A stretch of 64,000 nucleotides of DNA from Mizuhopecten yessoensis (taxonomy: Eukaryota), in contig NW_018405575.1 of the NCBI RefSeq assembly GCF_002113885.1, positions 122,440-186,439 on the forward strand, given 5' to 3'. Made by a program: the position numbers and the translations under genes. Below, in pieces: positions 13,463 through 26,336 of the stretch. A model generated the notes under the pieces. It saw only the letters and a list, made by a program, of their open reading frames with translations. It ran no database searches and was not told where the DNA came from. The stretch's first letter is position 1; each line of letters starts with the position of its first letter.

Positions 13463-13789
13463 TATTGAAACTGTTAAATATATTGAAATACAATATTTTA
13501 TCAGATGTTTATAAACTACAACATAAACGTCCAATAAAAGAAGTGGTCATGTAGCAAATACATTTTTACTTGACTGGCACCGGTGCCAGAAAATGACATT
13601 CAAACGGGTGGAATGTGTTATTTTGCTTTTTTTTAGTGAACACCTCGTTGTTACCAATTTTAAGCTTAACCCCTTTTCTGTGGCTCATTTTTCGACTGTA
13701 ATTACGATTTTTGGAATTTTTGCATGCTGAACATTTTAGACATAGATTTTCAACTATTTCCAAGTATTGGCTTTGTCTCTCAGCAACAC

Positions 13790-14910
13790 CCGTCTCTTAT
13801 TAGGTCCCTTCTTTCTGCCCCCATTAATTGGGGTGGATAAACCTCAATTTCCCCTATTGTGCCCGCCCCTCTGCCCCCTAAAAGTAACCATCTATTTATA
13901 CAAAATTTAGTCCCTTTGTCAAAGGATACTCTACACAAAATTTGGTTAAAATCTATCCAATAAACTGATGGAAAAGGATTTTAAACATTTATTATTATAT
14001 TTCCCCTACTTGGCCTTCCCGTTTACTCCCAGGGGGACTACATTTTGTTTTGAAATTGAGTTCCCTTGCAAAATGATGCCCTGGACCACATTTGGTTAAA
14101 ATCACTCCAATCATAAAAATTGAAGATTTAAATCTAAAATTGCCCTTTTGGGCCACGCCTCTCTGCACCTAAAGAGGCCACACTCTCCGTTCATTCAAAA
14201 TAAGTGCCCTCTGCCCAAAGATGCTTCAGGCCAATTGATAAAATCGTTCCAATAGTATAACAAAGAAGGATTTTGAACATTTTAACATTTCGAATTCCGC
14301 TATTGGGCCCCGCCATTCAGTTCCCAGAGGCACCGCACCCTCATTTAATACAAAGTTTAGTCCCCAATTTGGATAAAATCCCTCCAATGGAACTAAAGGA
14401 GAATTTTTTTTAAGATTTTAACCTCCAATTCCCCCTTTTGGCCACTTCCCACAGCACCCAGAGGGGCCACACCCTTTGTTTATACAAAATGGAGTCCTCT
14501 TAGCCCCAGGATGATCCAGGCCACATTTGGTTAAAATCCATCCAATGGTACAGAAGAAAAAGTATTTTTAAAAAAAATAACCTCAAATCCCCTATTCGGC
14601 TCCGCCCCCAGCACCCAGAGGAGCCACACCCTTCATTTATACAAAATTGAGTTCTCTTTGCCCAAGGATAATCCAGGCTTAATTTGATCAAAATCAATAA
14701 ATCTGTTGACGGACAGACGACGGACGCTGCGGTACGGCATTAAACCTCAATTTCCCCTTTTATGATTCATCTCCTGTCAACTTAAGAGACAGATCACGTG
14801 GGACCACCTGGGGGCCTGCAACTTTTTTCATTTTGATTTAAATGTAGATAATTAAATACGAATTCTTAAGTTCAATATCACTTAAAGTTTTAGCTCACCT
14901 GGTCCGAAGA
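13790..14910 (+). mobile_element. Helentron/HINE-like non-autonomous element with internal ~145-bp tandem repeats
   Basis: Repeated cccc..ggccccgcccc / tttatacaaaattgagtcc / atttggttaaaatc units, a GACG/GACA microsatellite at ~14707-14725 and agctcacctgg near 14892; this layout is typical of mollusc HINEs. Confidence 0.6.
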
Positions 14911-15659
14911 ATAAACAAACAAACGAAATAGTTAATGTTTCAGAATTAAATGTTACAGAAGGATATTAGTACAAAAGTGTATTGCCCCGAGAGCTGCAGT
15001 ATTATTATTAGCTCACAAGATCACGAACATATACCTCTTGAACTTCTATTGTAGAAGACAATAACATTCCAACTGGTTGAATAGCATTTACGTCCTTCTT
15101 CATATACTAACGTGTGCATATATACACACGTAACGACCTGAAAGTACCCATTTTGCAGATAAAAGAATTCAAGACCTATTTTAAACCATGATTTCATTGA
15201 GTAAAAATGTACTTGTTGGGAATGTGTGAATTATAGACTTATTCAGAGTTTGCTGTGTAGATAATGGAACGCCATATATTTTCTTCCCTATTAGAACAAT
15301 AAATAGTTTGTACAAATTTTCACCCAGAGTCAACAATACTTAGCACTTAGTGATTAGCTGTACCAGGAAATATATTAATTTAACAATATCAAAAAAAACA
15401 TTAGGGACGTAAGAACTACAAATTAGAAATAATGTATACCAGTTTATAAAATAATGTATTATATTTACTGTTTCATATGTGAACTAAAAGACTCAAAAGC
15501 TAGTTTTTTTATAACTTAAACATTTGACTCTGTGCTTTCAACTGTGTGAAACGCAGACATTGATTTTAGAGATTATTTATGCTTAAAATAGATCCTCCTA
15601 CAATTACATTTACAATGTTAGCTTTAGTCATGATATACTACACTTATAACAATACTTAC

Positions 15660-15850
15660 CTTCGTTAATTATTTCTGTATTTGTGAAAACATCACCATTA
15701 GCCAAAGTCCTCGTTCAACAATACTCTTGACAAAAGAATGTTATATGAATATGTAACTAGTCCGAGGTGCGAACTGCCTTTGCTGTGTTAGGGGCGTTTT
15801 TTTACATTCAATGTTTGTGTCAAGTTATGCTCCGTCATTACGTCATTATA
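15660..15850 (-). promoter_or_regulatory. Possible non-coding first exon and promoter of the 575-aa TRIM gene
   Basis: Strong minus-strand donor GAAG|GTAAGT at 15660/15659; CRE/ATF-like TGACGTAATGACG at ~15833-15845. Confidence 0.35.
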
Positions 15851-16499
15851 TTCAAATTGCGTGTATATATTTATAAAACATTCCATTCATAAAAGATCAC
15901 CGTACCACTGACAACAAATGTAACCTTATATCAAGAAAACCCATACCTTGTTGGCCTTTTATGAGAAATTATAAGGATGAAATAAACAAACAAAATAGAA
16001 GTTATTTATTTATAACATTATCAAATGTTTAGGCACTTTTTTCTACTTTTATTGCCAAACACTTCAGACAAAGATTTTCATTGTTTTTAACCTGTCATTC
16101 CACTGATGAGTCCAGAGTGGTCAAAATGGTCATATGCTGCTCTAACCATGTTAACTGTGATCAGATATGATCTTAGATAAAGAGAAATTTTTCAATCTGT
16201 CGTCCTAAACACACGTTCACTCGGTTAATATTGAGTCAACAGTGCCTCGTGTTGTATGCTTATATATATTTCATCGTATTACATGGTCATATGTCCCATG
16301 TTACTTTCCCTTAACTTTTAATAGCGAAACGCGGAAGAATACCATCACGAAAGAGTTCAGCTCTGCGCGTTGCTGTGGTCATCGACTTAGACGCAGTTAC
16401 AGGAACATACATCTATATTTCTTCAAAGTTTACCCTTGTTACCAATGTGAAAATAGAAACATTAAAACTAAACATTTTCTTCAGATTGGTAAGTATGGA

Positions 16500-16651
16500 T
16501 TACACAACCAATAAGAGTTTCTATGTGACTTTTCGATGAATATTACGGTATGTAAACTGTCACCTTCATCAGACATATGGCTAATGAAGGTGGCAGTGTA
16601 CATACCGTACTAGTCATCGAAACATCACATACAAACTTACTGGTTGTGTAA
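16500..16651. repeat. ~150-bp near-perfect palindrome (foldback)
   Basis: Arms ttacacaacc...ttcatcagacat and atggctaatgaa...ggttgtgtaa are reverse complements with no spacer. Confidence 0.85.
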
Positions 16652-17580
16652 AAAGATCGTGTCATAAGAAGCAATAAAGTTTTGAATACAGAGAGTAACA
16701 CTAAAATTTAAAGTATCTAAATGAATCTAGAAATGTTTAACAGCAAATTAAGAAAATGTATTACTCATCTAACTAAATCCGTAACTTGATCAGTTGATTT
16801 TGTCGACCTTTCTGAAACATAGTACTAAACTGTTAGATACGCAGTATGTGTTTTTGTTGTTGTTGTTTGGTAAACCAGGCAATGTTGGAATAGACAATAA
16901 CGTAGCATGATTTACAAGTCAAGCGTCATAAGATAAGAAATGAAGACGCGGACAATTTTTTTTTGTATTATCAAAGCTTTTATTAGTGAAACACAACATT
17001 AACAGTGATGTAAACAATATCATAGGTTTGCATTATTTATCTAGTTTACATTCTTAATTTTATTCGCCACACAAAATCATGTTATTAGCAAGGTAAAGTA
17101 AGATCACAGACACGACATGTTTTCCGTAAATGATATTCTAATACCTACCGTCATTTACCATATGTTTTCGATTATTGGTGACCTTCATATGTATATGGAT
17201 TTGTCTTCTGGTGCAGACTATGCTTGCCGTTCAAAAGCATTTGGTTTATGAGAGAAGTCATGCCATTTTTTCTTTACATGCATCCTAATTAGGCAGTTTT
17301 ACAATTTGAATGTAAAGGTGTGGAATCTATTTTCTCATACGTGATATATTTTCATCCACAAAATAGCATAAATCAACATTTTGGATAATAATTTTATAAC
17401 ACAAAAAATCGGAACATTTTACAACACAGACAAACTGTTAAAACAATTGTTAAAAGTTAAATTGCAGTAAAAGTTAAATGATTTCATCACAGTACATGGA
17501 AAAACCCTAATTAACAAAAAAGTATATATTTATTATTTTCAGATGCCTTTTTACGGTAAAGAAAAGCTATCAATAATAAC

Positions 17581-18805
17581 TTATTTCGATTTATTTTGTC
17601 GTCCGAAGTAACTGTCATTCCAAGATGATTGGTCACTTTTACTTTGTCGTTTGTAGTATCTTTCATCCCAAGATGCTTGGTCTCTTAACTTTGTTTGACC
17701 TTGAGTGACTGGCTGATGTCCACAAATGGACCCAATAACGAACTCTGTTATTGGTTTCGTGTCAGATGAAGGTTTGAACTGAAACATAGGTTTCATGGCT
17801 GGATCAAGTAAGTGTGGAGGAAGAGTAACGATATCTCCGTACCTTTTGTCGAAGCCTGACATTGATCGGACCAGCTGAACAGTGCTGCCGTAATTCAATG
17901 ATGCCAGAATATCATTTATAAAACTTTTTCCAACAGCCTCTTCGTCTTCCAACTGCTTGATGATGATAAACGAGTCTCTCTTTTGAGCCGTGAAAAGCTG
18001 TTTCAACTCTTCATCTACAGCTCTTGCTTTTTGACGAATAGAGTCTGCGAGAAGTCCCGAAAAATTGTACAACGTTTTACGAGATGACTCTAACTGAGAC
18101 ACAAGTTCCGTTTGGAATCTGCTGTAGTCGGCTATCCTATCCCTTATCTGGGCTACTACTGGACTTTGGGCAGCGATATATTGTTGTAAATGTTTCCGTA
18201 CGTACCTCGCAGCTGTCGGAATCGTTTCGGTATCATGTGAGGCGTGATATTCACATTTGGCGCAGTATGTCACATTGCAGGTCTTGCAGTAGAAAGTGAC
18301 GAGTTTGTCATGATGTGTTTGACATACTTGACTTCTATCAGATGAATCCAATACCTTTTTGATGCCCGCATGTTTCGTTTTGTCAATGGGTAGTATTGTG
18401 TGTGGAACCATGATACTTTTATGCATCTCTGTGCAGTCTACGCACATGCGTTTGTTGCAATCAATACAAAGTGTAACTGCTCGTTGTTGTCGATGTAGAC
18501 TACATCGCTCATTTTACTGTTCGTTTTTTTTGACAAATATGAATGAGGTTGTTGATAACAGTGTTTTTAGGAAGGTTTCCTACATCATTCTCATGAGGCA
18601 GAACGAATTTCTGTTTACAACTTGGGATTGGGCAGCTCCGACAGTTCTGTCCGTCTGGTATGAGCACCTGTTTCAAACAGTTGCAGCAAAAGCTATGTCC
18701 ACATGGTAAAATTTTAGGATTATTGTAGCGAGTTCGACAATTTGGACAAGTGACTAGCTTTTCAATTTTTTCCATCATGGAGTGGAGTTGATCGTCTCGT
18801 TGCAT
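17581..18805 (-). pseudogene. Single-RBCC TRIM-like gene with one frameshift (408 aa if restored)
   Basis: RING CPNC...CGHSFCCNC...CPIPSC from ATG 18805, with an acceptor just upstream (exon starts 18823). TGA at 18509-18511, after which B-box1, B-box2 and coiled coil continue in another frame to TAA 17581. Confidence 0.8.
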
Positions 18806-19193
18806 TTTGTTCTTATGAGTTGTCTGTGAAATGATAAAATAAATTTTGAAAGCAGAATTCTCACACACACAAAAATAAATTCGCCACATACACAGGCTAT
18901 GTTGACAGTTTATATAAATATAGCATCACACTTAAAAATTGCTAATACACTTGTTTTAGATATCTGTTATAAACAGAAGTATTGAAATTATTATTTTAAG
19001 CAGAATCTATTAGCACACAAACTACTTACCTATTTCAGATATTCTAAAAGTTATCACACGACTTTGATAAGTTTAAATACCAAGTATATATTTAGATTAT
19101 GCTTACTTAGTCCCGAGGTGCATGTAATAAAAAAGCAAGGCCATAGTTCATACGTTTTGATTGGATTGCTCTGAAATGTGTTTTTTAAGATTT

Positions 19194-20440
19194 AACAAGA
19201 GGTCCAATGGGCCGGAATCGCTCACCTGGTATTAATCTCACACTTGTAATCTAAAAAGTGGACTAAAATACAACTACATGCTGAATATCAATGTTTGATT
19301 CATAAGAACCTATTAAAGGTTTTAAATACATGACGCCCGTGACCTTGAATGTCGATCAAGGACATTAGGGTTGAACAGTCTTCCAACCAAGCATGCTTCT
19401 AGCAAAATACCATTACCCTGGACTTTTTGGTTATACAGAACCAATCATTTAAAGATGAAATATCATTAACCTTGGTCTTTTGCTTATTCAGAGGTCATTC
19501 AAAGGTTTTAAACATATTTGACCTCTGTGACCTTGAATATATATCAAGGTCATTCATTTGCACAAACTTGGTAGCCCTTCTTCCCAGCATGTTACTGGCC
19601 AAATTAAAGAACCCTGGGTCTTTCGGTTAATCATAAGAAGTTGTTTAAATGTTTTTTAACATATTTGACCCCAGTGACCTTGAGTATGATTCAAGGTCAT
19701 TTATTTGAACAAAGTTAAAAGCCGTTCAAACCCGGCATGTAACTGGCAAAATATCGTCACCCTAGGCCTCTTGGTTATTCAGAAGAAGTTGTTTAAAGAT
19801 TTTAACAAATTTGACCCCTGTAACCTTAAATATAAACAAGGGTCATTTATTTGAACAAAAATTGATAGCCCTTCATTTCAGCACGTTACTGGCCAACTAT
19901 CATCACCCTAGGCCTCTTGGTTATTCAGAAGAAGTTGTTTAAAGGTTTTAAACATATTTTAACCCTGTGACCTTGACTATGATTCAAGATCATTTATTTG
20001 AACAAACTTTGAAGCCCTTCATCCCAGCAAGTTACTGGCCAAATTTTAGTACGCTAGGCCTCTTGGTTATTCAAAAGAGGTTGTTTACAGATTTTAACAT
20101 ATTTGACCCCTGTGACCTTAAATATAAACCAGGGTTATTCATTTGAACAAACTTGATAGCCCTTCATTTCAGCACGTTACTGACCAACTATCAACACCCT
20201 AGGCCTCTTGGTGTTTCAGAAGAGTTTTTTTTTAAAGATATTAACATATTTGACCCCTGTGACCTTGAAAATCGATGAATATAATTTATTTGAACAAACT
20301 TGGTATCCCTTCATCATAGATTGTTACTGGCCAAATAACATCACACTAGACCTTTGGTTACTGAGAAGAAGTTGTGTAAAGTAAAAAGTTGACGCCGGAC
20401 GAACGACGGACGCGCATCATGCCATAAGCTCACCTGGCCC
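19194..20440 (+). mobile_element. Helentron/HINE-like element with ~6-7 internal 146-147-bp repeats
   Basis: Starts aacaagaggtccaatgggcc...gctcacctgg and ends gacggacg...agctcacctggccc; tttgacccctgtgacctt recurs at 19517, 19664, 19810, 19957, 20102, 20249. Confidence 0.75.
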
Positions 20441-20942
20441 GATTAGGGATAGGATATCCGACCAAAGCAGATTCCATACGGAACTTGTGTTTCAGTTAGA
20501 GTCTTCTGGTAAAACGTTGTACAATGATTAATCTTTAGCCACTAAATTTATTGTTAATTAGACAATAGCGCACATGGGTAATGTATCATTCCACTGAACA
20601 TATATTGAATTTATATAATATAAATATCATACAGTATAACAATACTGGACGCAGGCAAAAGCCTATATATCCAGATAATATGAATATACGAGACGTATAA
20701 AATATGTAATTACATATTTGACTGTTACTTTATCCTGTCAGTGTAAAGTGCATTTGTTACAATTGTATTTGTGTGTAAAAAAAGGTTAGTAATTAATAAC
20801 CATTCTCGTAAATACAATGCATATAGATGTAACTACTGCATCCTGAATATGGAAATAAATTGTATAAAAATATTAAAAAACTTCATCTTATATGTACAAA
20901 AAATATTTTTTGTATCTTAATGTACAATCAATGTATTACCCG

Positions 20943-23900
20943 TTATAGCTTGTATGTATTTGTAATTCCGCATTGTGAAGACTTGTTTCATAATTGTTGT
21001 AAAATAAATACAGTTTATATTATTAATTCCGCACTGTGCCTGTATATTGTATGAACAAAGTGTATTTGTTATCATTGTATCTTTATTATATAAAATGTAT
21101 ATCCAACAACTGTCTAAAGTATTATATCTTGTGTAGGTAACCACTACATATTGTGTGTACGAAATACATTTCTGATATTATAGCTTAATACGTATTAAAC
21201 CGTTCTAACAACATTCAGTGGTCTGCTACTTTTATTTTTAACCTGCAATGTGTACAGAAAACAAATATGAACAAAACTGACGTATTTAAGAAAACTCAAT
21301 AATGTTTCCTGTTTTGAGGAAATAAGAACTGGGCCCCCTATAAGAGTTATAATGCTGAACAGATTTCCGGTACGTTTTAAAATAGGTCATACATACTTAG
21401 CTGTCAACTGTCTTCTGTGTTGCACCGCAAACCTTTTGGGAAAACGACAGTTGTTACTAAAAGTCACCTTATAACTATTTAAAAAGATTGAACCATACGT
21501 AATTGTTAAATATCCTTACATTTGGAAATAAAATCTTTTGAATAATGGCTGACCCTTACGGAAGTATAAGGTCAATGTAAATACACAACCTATGTATAGA
21601 TAACACGTATGTGTCCCAAAATTGTGTACTTGCGAACTGTGATAGGTGGATGAAAGTGGCGAAAGCACGAATAAACATGTTTAAGAATGTTTACCTAAAT
21701 GAATGCCGAACTGGTGATTTGTCATTGTGTTTATTCATGTAACTAGATGCACTACTTTATTTTCTGACCGTAACAAAAGCAATGTTAACTTCATGATCTG
21801 GAAATGAAACACAATACCCGATATTGTCCATAGTCGACATTAGTCTGCTGCATATAGCGTCTACAGAATAACACAAACATGTGTATCGGTATGATGTAGA
21901 CGTGAAGTGAGTAATACAATAATAAAATTGTAAATTGTTCAATTCTATTAAAGCAAACATATCCACCATCATGATTTAAATGTATACACATACATGCAGG
22001 TACCCTTTTGTTCTATACAATAAAACAGGTTTTGCACAATAAAACTAGCATATCACTATACACATGCATACCCGTAACAAATAACACGTACAATGTACGT
22101 CCCGTACAAAGTCACTGTATACCCTTAGTGTTTTGTGTACACGCTTGTTTTCATTAAAGTAAGAACCGTTGTCTAACATGTTGTATTTCATAACATATTG
22201 GATTATAATTTAAGAGTCTCCTTGTAAATATATCCCAACTTCACCACCACTGTTACCGACTCCCACCTTCACCACCACTGTTACCGACTCCCACCTTCAC
22301 CACCACTGTTATCCACTCCCACCTTCACCACCACTGTTACCGACTCCCACCTTCACCACCACTGTTATCGACTCCCACCTTCACCACCACTGTTACCGAC
22401 TCCCACCTTCACCACCACTGTTATCGACTCCCACCTTCACCACCACTGTTACCGACTCCCACCTTCACCACCACTGTTATCGACTCCCACCTTCACCACC
22501 ACTGTTACCGACTCCCACCTTCACCACCACTGTTATCGACTCCCACCTTCACCACCACTGTTACCGACTCCCACCTTCACCACCACTGTTATCGACTCCC
22601 ACCTTCACCACCACTGTTATCGACTCCCACCTTCACCACCACTGTTATCGACTCCCACCTTCACCACCACTGTTATCGACTCCCACCTTCACCACCACTG
22701 TTATCGACTCCCACCTTCACCACCACTGTTATCGACTCCCACCTTCACCACCACTGTTATCGACTCCCACCTTCACCACCACTGTTATCGACTCCCACCT
22801 TCACCACCACTGTTATCGACTCCCACCTTCACCACCACTGTTATCGACTCCCACCTTCACCACCACTGTTATCGACTCCCACCTTCACCACCACTGTTAT
22901 CGACTCCCACCTTCACCACCACTGTTATCGACTCCCACCTTCACCACCACTGTTATCGACTCCCACCTTCACCACCACTGTTATCGACTCCCACCTTCAC
23001 CACCACTGTTATCGACTCCCACCTTCACCACCACTGTTATCGACTCCCACCTTCACCACCACTGTTATCGACTCCCACCTTCACCACCACTGTTATCGAC
23101 TCCCACCTTCACCACCACTGTTATCGACTCCCACCTTCACCACCACTGTTATCGACTCCCACCTTCACCACCACTGTTATCGACTCCCACCTTCACCACC
23201 ACTGTTATCGACTCCCACCTTCACCACCACTGTTATCGACTCCCACCTTCACCACCACTGTTATCGACTCCCACCTTCACCACCACTGTTATCGACTCCC
23301 ACCTTCACCACCACTGTTATCGACTCCCACCTTCACCACCACTGTTATCGACTCCCACCTTCACCACCACTGTTATCGACTCCCACCTTCACCACCACTG
23401 TTATCGACTCCCACCTTCACCACCACTGTTATCGACTCCCACCTTCACCACCACTGTTATCGACTCCCACCTTCACCACCACTGTTATCGACTCCCACCT
23501 TCACCACCACTGTTATCGACTCCCACCTTCACCACCACTGTTATCGACTCCCACCTTCACCACCACTGTTATCGACTCCCACCTTCACCACCACTGTTAT
23601 CGACTCCCACCTTCACCACCACTGTTATCGACTCCCACCTTCACCACCACTGTTACCGACTCCCACCTTCACCACCACTGTTACCGACTCCCACCTTCAC
23701 CACCACTGTTATCGACTCCCACCTTCACCACCACTGTTATCGACTCCCACCTTCACCACCACTGTTATCGACTCCCACCTTCACCACCACTGTTATCGAC
23801 TCCCACCTTCACCACCACTGTTATCGACTCCCACCTTCACCACCACTGTTATCGACTCCCACCTTCACCACCACTGTTATCGACTCCCACCTTCACCACC

Positions 23901-26333
23901 ACTGTTATCGACTCCCACCTTCACCACCACTGTTATCGACTCCCACCTTCACCACCACTGTTATCGACTCCCACCTTCACCACCACTGTTACCGACTCCC
24001 ACCTTCACCACCACTGTTACCGACTCCCACCTTCACCACCACTGTTATCGACTCCCACCTTCACCACCACTGTTACCGACTCCCACCTTCACCACCACTG
24101 TTACCGACTCCCACCTTCACCACCACTGTTACCGACTCCCACCTTCACCACCACTGTTACCGACTCCCACCTTCACCACCACTGTTACCGACTCCCACCT
24201 TCACCACCACTGTTACCGACTCCCACCTTCACCACCACTGTTACCGACTCCCACCTTCACCACCACTGTTACCGACTCCCACCTTCACCACCACTGTTAC
24301 CGACTCCCACCTTCACCACCACTGTTACCGACTCCCACCTTCACCACCACTGTTACCGACTCCCACCTTCACCACCACTGTTACCGACTCCCACCTTCAC
24401 CACCACTGTTACCGACTCCCACCTTCACCACCACTGTTACCGACTCCCACCTTCACCACCACTGTTACCGACTCCCACCTTCACCACCACTGTTACCGAC
24501 TCCCACCTTCACCACCACTGTTACCGACTCCCACCTTCACCACCACTGTTACCGACTCCCACCTTCACCACCACTGTTATCGACTCCCACCTTCACCACC
24601 ACTGTTACCGACTCCCACCTTCACCACCACTGTTACCGACTCCCACCTTTACCACCACTGTTACCGACTCCCACCTTCACCACCACTGTTATCGACTTTG
24701 AGTTCGAATTATTGTTTTATTGACTCTTGTTGTTGTATGCATCTAAAATAATGCAAATGATATATTTATATATATATGTTTTGGTCAAAGAAGTAATATA
24801 GAAGGTAAAATTCCGTATAACACTGGATCCTAATGGAGGTATGTCCGTAGGATACGAATTACTTTCCATACTTTCCACGTTTTTGATATCTCTCGTTGAC
24901 TCACTTTATATGATAGTGCATCTTGCGCAAGTATAGGTCCTCTATATCAGCGTTCCTTGTCCGCGATGCTCTCAGCTTAATTGCTGCCTTCAGCTGTCTT
25001 TAGCCGAGGGGACTATTGGTTTTATATAATAGCCATATTTTCAATTATAGTATATCAATTCTATCTTTTTGTAATATGATGTATATGTACATTTAACAGT
25101 TCAGTTTCACTGTGTCTTGAAAAGGAGCGGATAGCTCCGAAAATTTGACAACCTAAACTTGTCCACACTGTTGGAATTACTTCTTTGCCCCATATATATA
25201 TATATGTATATAGATTTTCATAATAGAAAAGATCAATCATGCGACGATGCTTTTCACATATAATGGGAGTCATTCACTTGTATTTTTTTCCTTGCTCTTC
25301 TCCCTCGATAGGCACACAAGAGTATGACACCTCACACTCTTATTTATTTGTATACTTCAGCTGAATATGATAACACCCACTGTCGTTTAAAACGGTTGCA
25401 CAAAGCTTGCAGTGCTAAACCTGCCCATTATGGTTATTTTCCATTTACAATATCATTTTATTTCTTTGTCATTGAACTATAACAGAGATCGGTGTATGGA
25501 ATACAACACTGTACACTGATGTGTTCAGTATACGTACGATTAGTGGCGATAATTATAGACACATTGTTGTCGTGGCTATTTCATTGAATTTTTCTTATTA
25601 TTGCACTACTGAAAAAAATTAACTCCTTTAAGGAGTATTTAATGATTGTTATGACAAAATATTCATATTATTCCGTTGAATGAAATGCAATATATGATAA
25701 GTTATTCTCAGAAATAAATTATTACTGCATTCATTCTACAAGACAAAGTACAAGATGGGGTAGTAAAATCGATTTCATCTGAATAACTTGCCATATGTCC
25801 CAAAACAAGTCAACACAAATGTATGTTATATAAATCTATATATATTGAAACGTATCTGTCAGTATGTGAAATTTCTTTTCTATAACGCTTAAATCAGCCC
25901 CATAAAACTCCAATAAAAAAGGTTAAAAATAATATGCATAATTGTTTACCCGACTCATAAAGGTCTGAATAATTCTATATTAATAATATAATGTACTCGT
26001 TGACCCTGTTTTTCGTATCTGTAAGTAATAAAACAACTTATGAGAAATATTTTTGTCATTTTTGTCATTTTCCCTGTCACTGGCTCTCTCTATATATACT
26101 AGTAAACGATGAGACCAAGGGTCCATGGACTTTCGTGAGTTTTATGATATTTCATTAACCAGTGACCTAAGTAATCATGCTTTAAATTTATTTCTAAGTG
26201 TTTTCTATATATAAGTTACTCAAAACAATATTTCTATGTAAACCATACTACTTGACTCCTGTCCAGAGGCCATTAAGTTTGAATTAAGTTTTCAAAACAA
26301 CAATAACCGCTGTTGCCATATTCGATTTCTGAT
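20943..26333. repeat. Tandem segmental duplication, unit 1 (TRIM gene missing)
   Basis: Colinear high similarity to 26337..31357. Confidence 0.9.
22234..24697. repeat. 28-bp minisatellite, 88 copies
   Basis: Unit cccaccttcaccaccactgttaYcgact; 2464 bp = 88 x 28. Confidence 0.98.
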
Positions 26334-26336
26334 CCA

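Noticed and set aside
12149-13514. Overlapping antisense ORFs on TRIM genes, and the many 60-130 aa AT-rich ORFs elsewhere
   Set aside because: No recognisable motifs or splice support; expected by chance.
13463-13534. N-terminal extensions of TRIM ORFs in the ORF track (also 28655, 18889, 35468)
   Set aside because: They run through splice acceptors into AT-rich intron sequence or start at non-ATG codons.
22234-24697. CRISPR array
   Set aside because: The units are contiguous with no unique spacers, the context is eukaryotic, and there are no cas genes.
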